A stretch of DNA of 64,000 bases from Candidatus Hydrogenedentota bacterium. Lineage in GTDB: Bacteria; Hydrogenedentota; Hydrogenedentia; Hydrogenedentales; SLHB01. Both the position numbers and the translations under genes were made by a program. The notes beneath the pieces are model-generated. The model made no database searches, had not been told where the DNA came from, and saw only the letters and a program-made list of their open reading frames with translations. Each line of letters starts with the position of its first letter. Positions within the stretch are counted from its first letter, which is position 1. Shown piece by piece: positions 40,132-50,139 of this stretch. The DNA lies in assembly GCA_045863295.1 (NCBI GenBank), contig BTWA01000004.1:64001-128000 (forward strand), read 5' to 3'.

Positions 40132-41892
40132 TTAGACCCGGGGCATCGCGGCAATTTCATCGGCGACCTTCTGATTCAAGGCATCGAATTCCTGCGGCGA
40201 CTCTTCGGGGATGAGCTTCGCTTTGGCGATATCATTGAGCGAAGCCGCTTCGAGCAGCGCTCCCAAAGCGACTCCCTCCGCCAAAGCGGCGCGCGCATGA
40301 TCGTAGAAGCTCAAAATTGCCTTCAGAAGCCGTAATTGCTTGCCGAGCGAGGTATAGCTGTCGCGCTCGTCAAATGCATTCTGGTGAAGAAAATCTTCGC
40401 GTACCATCTTGGCCGCCTGCATCAAAAGGCGGTCCTCGTGGGCAAGCGCATCCATTCCCACAAGCCGTACAAGTTCGTCCAACTCGGCTTCACGCTGCAG
40501 AATGGACATAGCGCGTTTCCGCGTCTGCTGCCATGCCGCGTCCAGCTTGGTGTTGGTATAGTCGTCAATGGAGTCTTGATAAAGAGAATACGAGGTGAGC
40601 CAGTTGATCGCCGGGAAGTGACGGGCAAACGCCAATTTGTCGTCGAGTCCCCAGAACACTTTCACCACACGCAACGTGGCCTGCACCACCGGCTCCGACA
40701 TATCGCCGCCCGGAGGCGACACCGCGCCAATCAGCGACAGCGAACCGGGCCGCGCATCCTTGCCGAGGCATACCACATTGCCCGATCGCTCGTAGAAACT
40801 CGCAATGCGCGATCCCAAATACGCGGGATAGCCTTCTTCACCCGGCATCTCTTCCAACCGGCCCGAAATCTCGCGCATGGCCTCCGCCCAACGGCTGGTC
40901 GAGTCGGCCATCAGCGCCACCGAATACCCCATATCGCGGAAATACTCGGCAATCGTAATCCCGGTGAATACGCTCGCCTCGCGCGCGGCCACGGGCATAT
41001 TCGACGTGTTCGCCACGAGCACCGTGCGTTCCATCAACGGCTCGCCCGATTCGGGATCTTTGAGGTGCGGAAACTCCATCAATACGTCGGTCATCTCGTT
41101 GCCGCGTTCGCCACACCCTACATAAACAATAATGTTCGCGTTGGACCATTTCGCCAACTGGTGTTGCACCACCGTCTTGCCGCTCCCAAACGGGCCGGGC
41201 ACACACGCGGTGCCGCCCTTGGTCAGCGGAAAAAACATGTCCACCACCCGCTGCCCGGTTACCAGGGGTTCCACCGGCTGCAGCTTACGCGCCACCTTAC
41301 GGCCCTCGCGCACCGGCCAGCGCTGAATCATGTTGATCGGCTTGGCCCCCTGAGGCGTATCGATGACCGCAATGGCCGTTTCCACGTTCCCCGTCACCGG
41401 GGCAATTTGCTTGATCGTCCCTTGAATGCCATAAGGCACCATAATCTTGTGCACGACCAGCTTGCTTTCCTTGACCGTGCCAAGAACGTCGCCGGCCTGG
41501 ACCGCGTCGCCAATCTTGGCCACGGGAACGAAATCCCACTGCGCACTGCGGTCCAACGCGGGCCGCTCGGCGCCGCGCACGATGAAATCGCCAAAGTCCT
41601 GAAACAGCTTGTCGAGCGGGCGCTGTACGCCGTCGTAAATCGACCGGATTAACCCCGGTCCAAGCTCCACGCTCAATGCCTCGCCAGTGCGAAACACAGG
41701 CTGACCCGGCCCGATGCCCTCAGTCTCTTCGTACACCTGGATCGAATATTCGTCGCCCCGAATTTCGATAATCTCGCCGAAAAGCCTCGCCTCGCCGACG
41801 CGCACCATCTCGTACATGCGCGCACCGGTAAGCCCTTTGGCAACGACGAGCGGTCCGGACACCTTGACGACCACACCCTGATTCGTACTCAC
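40132..41892 (-). CDS. ntpA: V/A-type ATPase catalytic subunit A
   Basis: Walker A GPFGSGKT, GCGERGNE, ANTSNMPVAAREAS, DSTSRWAEA, VSPPGGD. Confidence 0.97.
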   Translation of the reverse strand: MSTNQGVVVKVSGPLVVAKGLTGARMYEMVRVGEARLFGEIIEIRGDEYSIQVYEETEGIGPGQPVFRTGEALSVELGPGLIRSIYDGVQRPLDKLFQDFGDFIVRGAERPALDRSAQWDFVPVAKIGDAVQAGDVLGTVKESKLVVHKIMVPYGIQGTIKQIAPVTGNVETAIAVIDTPQGAKPINMIQRWPVREGRKVARKLQPVEPLVTGQRVVDMFFPLTKGGTACVPGPFGSGKTVVQHQLAKWSNANIIVYVGCGERGNEMTDVLMEFPHLKDPESGEPLMERTVLVANTSNMPVAAREASVFTGITIAEYFRDMGYSVALMADSTSRWAEAMREISGRLEEMPGEEGYPAYLGSRIASFYERSGNVVCLGKDARPGSLSLIGAVSPPGGDMSEPVVQATLRVVKVFWGLDDKLAFARHFPAINWLTSYSLYQDSIDDYTNTKLDAAWQQTRKRAMSILQREAELDELVRLVGMDALAHEDRLLMQAAKMVREDFLHQNAFDERDSYTSLGKQLRLLKAILSFYDHARAALAEGVALGALLEAASLNDIAKAKLIPEESPQEFDALNQKVADEIAAMPRV

Positions 41893-42014
41893 GGATTAAG
41901 CCCCATGTTGAGTTTCATGCATGTCAGACTAAAAACCACCGAGTAATCGTCGCCGTCGCGCCGTTTGCGACGCCCCGCACCGCCACTCGGTTGGGCGGAA
42001 ACGCGGGGATAGTG

Positions 42015-42335
42015 TCAAGCACTTCCCAATATGTCCACGCCGATCGATATTTCCACCATCTTCTTCATGCGGGCAAAGCTCGAATTCTGGCTGCCCTCGT
42101 GCGTGGGAATAACCGTCAAAACCGCCTGAGAGCGCTCGCGAAATGCGTCCAGCGCATCCGGTGCATCCATGGCCAGGCTCTCGCTCACCAAAACCAGCGC
42201 GACGTCCGCGTCACGCGACAGCCCGTGCAGTTCCCGGCGCAGTCCTTCCGCGTCGTTGCATTCCAAAATGTCGAACCCAACGCCACGAAATCCCAGGATA
42301 TACCGCTTCTCGCCCACAGCCACCGCTTTAGCCAT
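42015..42335 (-). CDS. ntpG: V/A-type ATPase subunit F (ntpG in E. hirae naming)
   Basis: AVAVGE...ILGFRGVG, VIP, VEISIGVDI; position between C and A. Confidence 0.88.
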   Translation of the reverse strand: MAKAVAVGEKRYILGFRGVGFDILECNDAEGLRRELHGLSRDADVALVLVSESLAMDAPDALDAFRERSQAVLTVIPTHEGSQNSSFARMKKMVEISIGVDILGSA

Positions 42336-43317
42336 TTTTGCGCCTCAGCCGCCGTTTCAAAACGGTCGAATCGATTCGGTTCATGCGGCCACACACCACA
42401 AGCTTCAAATTATGCGTCTCCGAAGCAAGCACGCGCAGATACGCGAATACCCGCTCCGGACCGGCGACCTGACCATAGCCTTTCGTGGCAATATTGATCA
42501 GATAGTTCATTATCAAATCTTCAAAACGCTGCACTTCCTCGCCATCCGTCACGGCATTCGCCTGGCGATACACCTCGCCGACCTTTCCGGTTAAAACGTC
42601 GCCCCAACCCTTGGGGTCGCCGGCATCGGCCAGCACCTGTGCCATGGCGGAAACCGATCCGAGCGGAAGGGCGTGTTGCACATAGTGCTGCACATCCCGG
42701 CCCGCGCGATATTCCCGCCACATCGCGAGCACTACACGGGAAAGCACATACGCCTCCGTATAATCGTGAATCAGTGAAACGTTCAAGGCGGCCGCGAACG
42801 CCTGCAAATGACGAAGGTATGCCCCGTCAAGAATCGCGTCTACACACGCCTGGTTGCGCGTCGATTCCAGCGACCGCAATGCGCGCGAGGCCGACTCTTT
42901 GAAAGGAGATGGCAAGGCGGAAATGTCGCCGTTCGCTACCGGCACAAGTTGCTCGGCGGTCAAATACAACGGGGGAAACGGCAACTCGCGGTTGCCAAGG
43001 AGCGCCGTCTTGAGATTCTGGTAGTCGTCGCGAATCAAAAAAATGTCGGCCACTTCCGGCTTGGGGCAGTCTTGCCGAATCGACAACACGTGCTGGTGAA
43101 AATACCGGTCGATTACCGCGCTCCAGTCTTCCCAGTCCGCACCGGGAGTAAGAAAGTCCCGCAACGGCGTGTCGTTCAATTGACGCAATATGTCTTCGAT
43201 CTGCACAAGGGACGCGATAGAGAGAAAGAAATCCTCGCTCAGCAGACGCCCCTCGCACGCGCTCGCCCGGCCGCAAACGAATCCCCAACTGCTGCCATGT
43301 GTGGTTGTGGTGGACAA
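42328..43317 (-). CDS. ntpC: V/A-type ATPase subunit C (d)
   Basis: GRASACEGRLLS, DYQNLK, GPERVFAYL...ETHNLKLV; operon position. Confidence 0.85.
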   Translation of the reverse strand: MSTTTTHGSSWGFVCGRASACEGRLLSEDFFLSIASLVQIEDILRQLNDTPLRDFLTPGADWEDWSAVIDRYFHQHVLSIRQDCPKPEVADIFLIRDDYQNLKTALLGNRELPFPPLYLTAEQLVPVANGDISALPSPFKESASRALRSLESTRNQACVDAILDGAYLRHLQAFAAALNVSLIHDYTEAYVLSRVVLAMWREYRAGRDVQHYVQHALPLGSVSAMAQVLADAGDPKGWGDVLTGKVGEVYRQANAVTDGEEVQRFEDLIMNYLINIATKGYGQVAGPERVFAYLRVLASETHNLKLVVCGRMNRIDSTVLKRRLRRKNG

Positions 43318-43341
43318 ATCCAGTTCAATCCGTTTTCTTGA

Positions 43342-43941
43342 TCACACCGTCGCGCCCGAAAACAACTTCGCGGCAATACCCGGCGACAACTCCCGCTCGA
43401 TCTCGTCGAGCACCGTGTCCAACGTGCGATCCACTTCAAATCGATCGGCTACAAAGACAAATCCGCCACGTATTGGCAGCGGCTCACTCTCGTCCAGCGC
43501 TAATTGTGCGTTTGCCGGCCGTCCCGAGTTCACTGCCGACATCACGCGGGCAAATACATTCTTGTCATCGGGATGAATGCGCACTCGGCCGCCTAGCGAT
43601 CCTGCAACTCGCGTCAAGTCCTGTTGCATCACCAGGGCGTATTGCTCCGCCGGCCAACCAAGCACGGTTTGGCGTGCAATGCCAAACACCCGCTTCAATA
43701 CCGCGTTGCGATCTTCGAGCAACGTCTTGCTCGCAAGTCCCTTGGCCTGAAGCAATCGCCGCGCGATTTCCTCGTCGATAGCCCGAACCCCCGCCTGATA
43801 ACGCCGTTCGCCATCGCGCACGGCGGATTCGCGCTCCGCCTCCACACGCTGGCGCGCGGATTCGCGCGCCTCCGAAAGGATGCGCTCCGCCTCCTGAGCG
43901 GCGGTAGACAGCACGGATTGTTCAATCTTCTCTAGCGCCAC
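43342..43941 (-). CDS. ntpE: V/A-type ATPase subunit E
   Basis: MALEKI coiled-coil N-terminus, IRGGFVF, DRTLD...IAAKLF. Confidence 0.88.
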   Translation of the reverse strand: MALEKIEQSVLSTAAQEAERILSEARESARQRVEAERESAVRDGERRYQAGVRAIDEEIARRLLQAKGLASKTLLEDRNAVLKRVFGIARQTVLGWPAEQYALVMQQDLTRVAGSLGGRVRIHPDDKNVFARVMSAVNSGRPANAQLALDESEPLPIRGGFVFVADRFEVDRTLDTVLDEIERELSPGIAAKLFSGATV

Positions 43942-43957
43942 AGTGGGCTACCCCTCG

Positions 43958-44515
43958 CTATTGGGCCGCCACGGGCGCGGCCGGAAGGAATTCCAGAACG
44001 TTCGACGGCGCTTCCGCGGTGCCGCCGTTAGTAAGCCAAAGGATGAAAAGAATCGCGGCAAGAAGGCCAACGACGGCGTACGTTTCCACCAGAGCCGGAA
44101 ACAGAATCGCGCGCCCTGCGGCCTCTTCGCGACGCGCCACAAGAGCAATACCCGCGGCGGATGCTTGCCCTTGATAAATGGCACTGACCAACTGCGCCAG
44201 ACCTGCGCCAAAACCCACAAACAACAACGCGATGCCGGTGCCGGGGGAAATGCGAATGGCCCCGCCGACCAGTCCCGTCTGAAGCGCCATCATGAACGCA
44301 ATAATGAACCCGTAAAATCCTTGCGTGCCGGGTAGCGCCACCATGACCAACAGCCGGCCAAACAAATCGGGCTTCTCGCTCAGCACGCCCGCGGCCTGCT
44401 GCGCCGCAATCGCGATGCCGCGCGCCGATCCGCAGCCGCCCAGGCCAAAGGCAAGCGCCGCGCCCGCATAGGCGCAACCACGGCCAAACTCAATCCACAT
44501 CGTGCTCCCGTCCAT
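43958..44515 (-). CDS. ntpK: V/A-type ATPase rotor subunit K (4-TM, Na+-type)
   Basis: GSARG, LPGTQGFYGF, SAIYQG, VETYA; RBS AAGGA before ATG 44515. Confidence 0.95.
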   Translation of the reverse strand: MDGSTMWIEFGRGCAYAGAALAFGLGGCGSARGIAIAAQQAAGVLSEKPDLFGRLLVMVALPGTQGFYGFIIAFMMALQTGLVGGAIRISPGTGIALLFVGFGAGLAQLVSAIYQGQASAAGIALVARREEAAGRAILFPALVETYAVVGLLAAILFILWLTNGGTAEAPSNVLEFLPAAPVAAQ

Positions 44516-44633
44516 AGATGTGCGTCCTTCATCGGTACTCGGTTCAACGTCCTGCGCCATCACCACGTATGATCGGCGCGGCCGTTGGATTCCGGTGTTC
44601 TGTCAACCCCTGAAAATGGCCTCGTTCGTTCTG

Positions 44634-46712
44634 TCAGTTCGCAGGCCGCTTCAACACATACGACGGAGAATCAAAACCGAACGGTGAAAACGGCTTGGCC
44701 CCGCCATCGTAAAAACGGCCGAAAAACTCTACAAAGATAAGCCGCATGGCATGTACAAACGCGCCAAGCAGGCTAATCGCGAAATTGAATACATGCCCAA
44801 ATACAAGCACAACGACAAACAACACCGGTCCTACCGCCGGAATGTCGCGCACCAAATCCGCAATCATGTTGACAGTTAGCGCCACGATGGACGTGGTCAG
44901 CGCCAAGGCCAGCAAACGGCAATAGGAAAGAACGTCGCCAATAAAGGCTGTGCACCCGTAACTGCCCACAATGCCATATAGACTGACGACCCCCGTGCCA
45001 ATCTTTCCTGCCACGCCAGGCACATCACGCCCCTGTGTCAACACCAATCCAACCGCCCCAACCGCAAACAGAAGCAGTCCCGTGTTGAACAGCGCGGGAG
45101 GCAGGGTCGTGAACATCGTGCTCACGATAATGATCATGCCCGGAAGCGCTATCAGCCACAACAGCCCATCGCATATCGCCGTGGTCCAATCGTTGTTCTT
45201 GGCCGCCCCGTACATCTTGAGCCCAATGCCGTAAAATTGATTGACGACACCGATAGTAAGTGCCACCAGCAGCATGCCGACCGGGTTTTTTAACGGATCC
45301 AGCACCATCGTGCTCTCTTTGATCGTCAGCAGAAAATTGCCTTCACCAAGATATTTGGGATCGTAGATGTCGCCCAGCATCGATCCGAGCAAAAATCCAA
45401 AAATCGTTGTGCTTATGCCCCCCAGGAACAACAACCGGGCAAATCCGTTCACGCCCTCGTATGCGCGCGTCTTGTACGCAAGATAACCGCCCAGCGTCGT
45501 TAACATGAGCCCATAGCCGACATCGCCAAAACAAATTCCAAAGAAAATAAGGAATGTAAAAATGATAAACGGTGATGGATCGAACGCCGTGTACGAAGGC
45601 AAGCCAAACAAATTCACCAGCATGCGGACGGGACGGACCAGCGGCGGCAGCGTAATGCTCACCGGCACATGGTCCGACGGCCCCGGACGATCCACAATTA
45701 ACTCGCATTCCGGCAACTGGGATTGAAGCCCCGCCTGCAACCGCGGCAGATCCCGCTCCCGGATATAACCGCTGACAACGCGTACCCAGCGGCCTTCCGC
45801 CGCCAAAGAAGCGCCTTGAAGTTGTTTCCGGCGGTCTTGCCAATACGCTTGCAGGATCTGCAGGTTGCGCCGATGCTCAACGAGACCAAGTATCCCCGTG
45901 CGCGCCGCCGAAATCTGCTCTTCGCTTTCCGCCAAATCGCCGGTCAACTCGCGAATACGATCGCGGACCGTGCCATGAATGTCCGGAAGGGCAATCTCTT
46001 TAAACTGCTCCGCCGCCAACGCCCGCCGCACGGCATCCTCGTTTTCCACAAGGCAGGCCACGACAATCTGTGTGCGTTCGCCTTTCGTGGCCATCTCCCG
46101 CGCCCGTTCGCCGCCATTTGCCGGCAAGTCTTTTCGAAGGGCCGGGCCCGGAGCAACTATCTCCCACGCCAGAATATCGCCCACGCCCTCACGCGTGCAC
46201 AGCGTCGGCAAGGTTCGCGTGGGGACGGATCCAAATAACAGGCGGGTGTGTACGGGCTTCCGAAGATCGGAAACACTAAAGGACACATCTTCAAACACGG
46301 CCAACGACTCTATCTGCGCATGTATCTCGTTCTTACGCCGTTGCGCCCCCTTATTCTCTTCGTCCAGAGCGCGTGCCTTTTCGAAAAGCGGCTCCACGTC
46401 GAACCGGTTTCGGACATGCTCCAACTCCGCCGGTTCTATGATGAGCGGAAGTGGCGTAAGCCCCTCGAAAAAGGATTTGTTTTCAGGCGAGAACTCGTTG
46501 ATAAGGCTAAGAATCAGGCCTATCTTGTTGATTTGCACGTCGCTGTCTGCGGCGGATTTCTCCTTCTTCTGCAAAGGCGTCTCGTCGGCCCCTACGGTCG
46601 AAGACGCATCCACCAATTCCACCACGCCCAAATCGTGAATCGCTTCATTTAGCGCGTCGGCCAAATGAACAGGGCAGAGAACGGTGACCTTTTTCATCGG
46701 ATCAATGGCCAT
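44634..46712 (-). CDS. ntpI: V/A-type ATPase subunit I (a)
   Basis: MAIDPMKKV, FGLPSY..FDP, FGICFGDVGYG, GDVLSYCRLLALAL (essential Arg), HAMRLIFVEFFGRFY. Confidence 0.96.
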   Translation of the reverse strand: MAIDPMKKVTVLCPVHLADALNEAIHDLGVVELVDASSTVGADETPLQKKEKSAADSDVQINKIGLILSLINEFSPENKSFFEGLTPLPLIIEPAELEHVRNRFDVEPLFEKARALDEENKGAQRRKNEIHAQIESLAVFEDVSFSVSDLRKPVHTRLLFGSVPTRTLPTLCTREGVGDILAWEIVAPGPALRKDLPANGGERAREMATKGERTQIVVACLVENEDAVRRALAAEQFKEIALPDIHGTVRDRIRELTGDLAESEEQISAARTGILGLVEHRRNLQILQAYWQDRRKQLQGASLAAEGRWVRVVSGYIRERDLPRLQAGLQSQLPECELIVDRPGPSDHVPVSITLPPLVRPVRMLVNLFGLPSYTAFDPSPFIIFTFLIFFGICFGDVGYGLMLTTLGGYLAYKTRAYEGVNGFARLLFLGGISTTIFGFLLGSMLGDIYDPKYLGEGNFLLTIKESTMVLDPLKNPVGMLLVALTIGVVNQFYGIGLKMYGAAKNNDWTTAICDGLLWLIALPGMIIIVSTMFTTLPPALFNTGLLLFAVGAVGLVLTQGRDVPGVAGKIGTGVVSLYGIVGSYGCTAFIGDVLSYCRLLALALTTSIVALTVNMIADLVRDIPAVGPVLFVVVLVFGHVFNFAISLLGAFVHAMRLIFVEFFGRFYDGGAKPFSPFGFDSPSYVLKRPAN

Positions 46713-46723
46713 AATGCCCTGTG

Positions 46724-47035
46724 CTAGGCCTCCTGATACCGGGTTACGACGCTCTCCGCAAAGGGACGCAATTCCGTATCGGAAATTCGCTCCAGCAATT
46801 GAGTCGCTTGCCGGAATTCCGCGTCCTGTTGCGCCTTCGCGACGGAATACTGCTCTTCCGCCCGCGCCTTGTAGGCCGCGACCTTCTGTTCTATGTCCAA
46901 GGCAATCTGCTGCCGTTCGCGGGCGGCGTCCTGCTCAGCCTTCGCAGCGAGGGTCTTGGCCTCGGCGTGTGCGGCCTGCACCACGGATGCGGCTCGGTTT
47001 TCAATCGTGAGAATACTCTCAATTAACGACGGCAT
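46724..47035 (-). CDS. ntpF: V/A-type ATPase peripheral-stalk subunit G/H (ntpF in E. hirae naming)
   Basis: 103-aa Ala/Glu-rich coiled coil (IESILTIENRAASVVQAAHAEAK); first gene of the operon; GAGG RBS. Confidence 0.8.
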   Translation of the reverse strand: MPSLIESILTIENRAASVVQAAHAEAKTLAAKAEQDAARERQQIALDIEQKVAAYKARAEEQYSVAKAQQDAEFRQATQLLERISDTELRPFAESVVTRYQEA

Positions 47036-47185
47036 CGTGTCCTCTTCGAAGTAAGTGTGCAATGGAACCGTACTGGAAAGCGGGCACCGTTGGAGACCGG
47101 CCAAACCCCTCGTAAGACCAGATCGACCCCCTCAATCGATCCGCCCAAACGTGGCTCATGGCTACGCGGGATCGATATCCCCTAA

Positions 47186-47214
47186 ATTAAACCAGAAATT
47201 CGCAACTGCGTCAA
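47186..47214 (-). promoter_or_regulatory. Promoter of V-type ATPase operon
   Basis: Minus strand TTGACG, 17 nt, TTTAAT. Confidence 0.6.
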
Positions 47215-47342
47215 GGTCGGAGGCAAGACGCTCCAAAAATCTAAGAATTCCCCTGTAATATCAACCAGTTTCGTCATTTGAACGACCCGACAAAGACCTG
47301 GAAATTCCCAAAAAAGTTGTGATCGGCTCCGCCCACCTTCCC

Positions 47343-47762
47343 CTAAGAATTCCTGGGGCGGCCTGAATGGGTTCTGGAATCGTTGGATTTCGGAACAATC
47401 GCCTGGGCTAACCCAAAAAGTACAAGCACCACATGGGTTATGAGTATCCCCACCACGGCCCCCAAAAGGCCGAACATCGCCTGTGTATCCATGAAGAACG
47501 ACACCATAAGTGCCAGCCCGTACAGCAGGATACGTATGAATGAGGACCGATAGACGTGGGCCGCGATAGCCTCTTTGGGCAGGGTCGGAAAACGAGTCAT
47601 TTGCCGCGCCATCAGCCATAACGCAATAGCCCCGGACAGCCCCCCTACGACAACCCCTTGGGCCGCTGTGGGCGAAATCGTCAAAGCCGCCACCGCAACA
47701 CCAACAGTGGCCAAAACAATCAACCCCAACGCGCGGATTTGAAACCGGCTTACGGCTTCCAT
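47343..47762 (-). CDS. atpI: ATP synthase protein I (AtpI/UncI-like), 4-TM
   Basis: 139 aa, four hydrophobic segments, G..VGG and SFIRILLYG patterns; overlaps upstream AtpZ-like gene. Confidence 0.6.
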   Translation of the reverse strand: MEAVSRFQIRALGLIVLATVGVAVAALTISPTAAQGVVVGGLSGAIALWLMARQMTRFPTLPKEAIAAHVYRSSFIRILLYGLALMVSFFMDTQAMFGLLGAVVGILITHVVLVLFGLAQAIVPKSNDSRTHSGRPRNS

Positions 47763-48007
47763 GTGATCTCCCGGCTCAATATGCGGTAGGCCCCAAACGC
47801 GCCTCCAGCCACTCCGAGAAACACGCAACCCATTAAGTAAAACCCGCCACCGCCAAACCGGCGCTCCAGAAAAATCCCAAGTAAAACTCCGCCCACACTG
47901 CCCGCCACCACGGTCATACCAACTTGATAAGCCAATGACAATGCCTTGGCCCACGGCAACGGGGGGCTTGTTCCCGCGACATTTGGTTTTGGTTCTTCAC
48001 TGGGCAT
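47750..48007 (-). CDS. atpZ: AtpZ/'ATPase gene 1' family 2-TM protein
   Basis: 85 aa; VGMTVVAGSVGGVLLGIFLERRFG...VFLGVAGGAFGAYR fits the G..LG..LD..F...LG..GG pattern. Confidence 0.72.
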   Translation of the reverse strand: MPSEEPKPNVAGTSPPLPWAKALSLAYQVGMTVVAGSVGGVLLGIFLERRFGGGGFYLMGCVFLGVAGGAFGAYRILSREITWKP

Positions 48008-48181
48008 ACGCGTGTCCCGTCAGAACCAAGTCTACTGAACGGTTCATCGCGCATCAATGGAGGCGGCGCTCATACAAATCCCGGCCACGAATCAAAACGG
48101 GATTTGCTATGCTGTAACAACGGAATTAATGAAAACTGAGCCAAATTCATGACTACACGTCCAAAAAACGACTGCAGGAAC

Positions 48182-48637
48182 ATGACCTCTTCAAAAGACA
48201 CCCCGGAATTGCGCATCGCGACGCTCGAGGAAATTCTTGCACTGCGCGATCAGGTGCTCATTCGGGGTACCGACCGCACCTCACCGGAATTCGATGGCGA
48301 TCGCGATACCATGACCATTCACCTCGGTGCGTTCTGGAACGGCGCTGCTATTGGTTGCGCCAGCCTCTACCCGCGCCAATTCACCGGCGAAGATGCATGG
48401 CAACTGCGCGGAATGGCGACTGCCCCGGAATGGAGGAATCAGGGAATCGGCGGCGCGCTCTTACGGTTTGCAGAGAATCTGGTGTTGGCAAATCACCAGG
48501 CAAAGACGGTGTGGTGTAATGCGCGAACGTCCGCCGTCCAATTCTATGTTCGACATGGCTGGCTAACGGTATCCGATGTGTTCGAAATAAAAGGGGTCGG
48601 GCCACACATCGTAATGATTAAAAAGCTTATCGCGTGA
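48182..48637 (+). CDS. GNAT acetyltransferase (ElaA/YitI-like)
   Basis: LRDQVL, WQLRGMAT.PEWRNQGIG, WCNAR..AVQFY, GVGPHIVM; start could be 48149. Confidence 0.9.
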   Translation: MTSSKDTPELRIATLEEILALRDQVLIRGTDRTSPEFDGDRDTMTIHLGAFWNGAAIGCASLYPRQFTGEDAWQLRGMATAPEWRNQGIGGALLRFAENLVLANHQAKTVWCNARTSAVQFYVRHGWLTVSDVFEIKGVGPHIVMIKKLIA

Positions 48638-48649
48638 ACACCGCACGCA

Positions 48650-48976
48650 TCACGCAATATACAAAACGAGCGTCACGCAACTGACGATAACTGCGGGAAC
48701 GGCGATGCGAAGGTCTTCACGGCGCGCCAAACCCGCCACGCCCAGCGCCAATCCCGCGAACGCCGCCCCCACGGACACAAGTTGAAATACCTTGACCGGA
48801 TCGGCCTTCGGTTTGCCCTCCAACTCGGACATGATTTCACCGGCAACCGATTCGAATTTTTCCTGAAGTGTCTTCTGCTCGTCGCGAACTTGAATAACGT
48901 AACTCGGAAGAATGGCCAATCCCAGTCCCGTAAAGCCAAGCACGAGTGCAACGATACTCAATCCATTCTTGCCCAT
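48650..48976 (-). CDS. Small membrane protein
   Basis: 108 aa, three hydrophobic segments, strong RBS AGGAGAGGAG. Confidence 0.7.
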   Translation of the reverse strand: MGKNGLSIVALVLGFTGLGLAILPSYVIQVRDEQKTLQEKFESVAGEIMSELEGKPKADPVKVFQLVSVGAAFAGLALGVAGLARREDLRIAVPAVIVSCVTLVLYIA

Positions 48977-48993
48977 GGACTCCTCTCCTTCGG

Positions 48994-49770
48994 CTACTGT
49001 GCGGTTCGATCCCAGACCGGACTGCGCTTTTCGTGAAACGCGGCCAATCCTTCGCGCGCTTCGGGATTATCACGCAACGCCTTGTGCTCGTCCATGGCCG
49101 CGGCCAAGTCTTCTTCAAGCGACCGTGACCAGAGCCCCGACAACAAACGCTTGCTCGCCGCGATCGCGCCAGGCGCGCCTTTGCAAACGGTGCCGGCAAT
49201 GCGAATGCACTCACTCATGGCCTCGCCCTTGGACGTTACCTTGCTTACAAGCCCCATCTCGAAGGCGCGCCGAGCACTCACGGCTTCCCCCAGAAGCAAC
49301 AACTCACGGGCGTGGCGATCAGCCACCTGACGCCGCAATAGACACAAGACCAATGCCGCGGGCAAACCCCTGCGCACCTCGGGATAACCAATGATGGCAT
49401 CCTCTTCCGCAACAACGAGGTCACACGCACTCATGAGACCCGCGCCACCCGCCAACGCCGCACCATGTACCGACGCAATCGTCACCTTGGAAGAGGTTGT
49501 TACGGCCATCAACAACCGCGCGACAAGGCCCGTAGCCGACTCCCGGGTATCGGCATCCTCGGATTCCTTTAAATCCAATCCCGCGCAAAACACAGGCCCC
49601 TCGCCCGCAAGTACAATCGCGCGCACGTCCGAGTCCTTCTCCACGTCCTCAAGCGCAAAACAAAGTGATTCCATCAATGCAAGGTTCAGCGCATTTCGCT
49701 TTTCCGGACGGTACAATCGAAGTTGGCAAACGCCATTCGGCTCGTACTTAATGATGATGGATCCACTCAT
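48994..49770 (-). CDS. Enoyl-CoA hydratase/isomerase (methylglutaconyl-CoA hydratase / AtuE-like)
   Basis: RPEKRNAL, FCAGLDL, GAALAGGAGL..ACD, PEVRRG, EGLAAFHEKRSPVW. Confidence 0.9.
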   Translation of the reverse strand: MSGSIIIKYEPNGVCQLRLYRPEKRNALNLALMESLCFALEDVEKDSDVRAIVLAGEGPVFCAGLDLKESEDADTRESATGLVARLLMAVTTSSKVTIASVHGAALAGGAGLMSACDLVVAEEDAIIGYPEVRRGLPAALVLCLLRRQVADRHARELLLLGEAVSARRAFEMGLVSKVTSKGEAMSECIRIAGTVCKGAPGAIAASKRLLSGLWSRSLEEDLAAAMDEHKALRDNPEAREGLAAFHEKRSPVWDRTAQ

Positions 49771-50135
49771 GGCGCGCCCCTCCCGCGACGCAAACACGCC
49801 TGCAAGCGCTCCGGCTCCATGGAAATCGGCATCTCCAGCAGGATCTGTCCAATCGCCTTGCCTTGCGCGTCTATGCGAAGCGATCGACTGCCCCCGCCCG
49901 CCAACACTCCCGCTATCAAAAAGTTGAACGCGCCCAAGTTGGGTAACTCAAACCGCTCCACCACCCCGCACCCCATCGGCTTGAAAAACTGCTCAACCAC
50001 GTGCCCCGGCAGATGCTCCACAAGAAAAGCATAACCCTCGGCTGTATACGCAATCACACCCACGTTTGCGCCGGATCCCTTGTCGCCACTGCGCGCATAC
50101 GCAATGTCGCCGAGTCGAAAAACTTGTTTCGCCAT
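49767..50135 (-). CDS. AtuA C-terminal-like stand-alone domain
   Basis: LGDIAYARSGDKG..ANVGV, VERFELPNL.AFNF, LAGGGSRSLRIDAQGK; start could be 50147. Confidence 0.85.
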   Translation of the reverse strand: MAKQVFRLGDIAYARSGDKGSGANVGVIAYTAEGYAFLVEHLPGHVVEQFFKPMGCGVVERFELPNLGAFNFLIAGVLAGGGSRSLRIDAQGKAIGQILLEMPISMEPERLQACLRRGRGAP

Positions 50136-50139
50136 GGCC

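Noticed and set aside
40336..41652. 438-aa plus-strand ORF
   Set aside because: Antisense shadow of ntpA with no independent motif.
48998..49022. tRNA T-loop-like GGTTCGATCCC
   Set aside because: Lies inside the hydratase CDS on the opposite strand; no cloverleaf can be formed around it.
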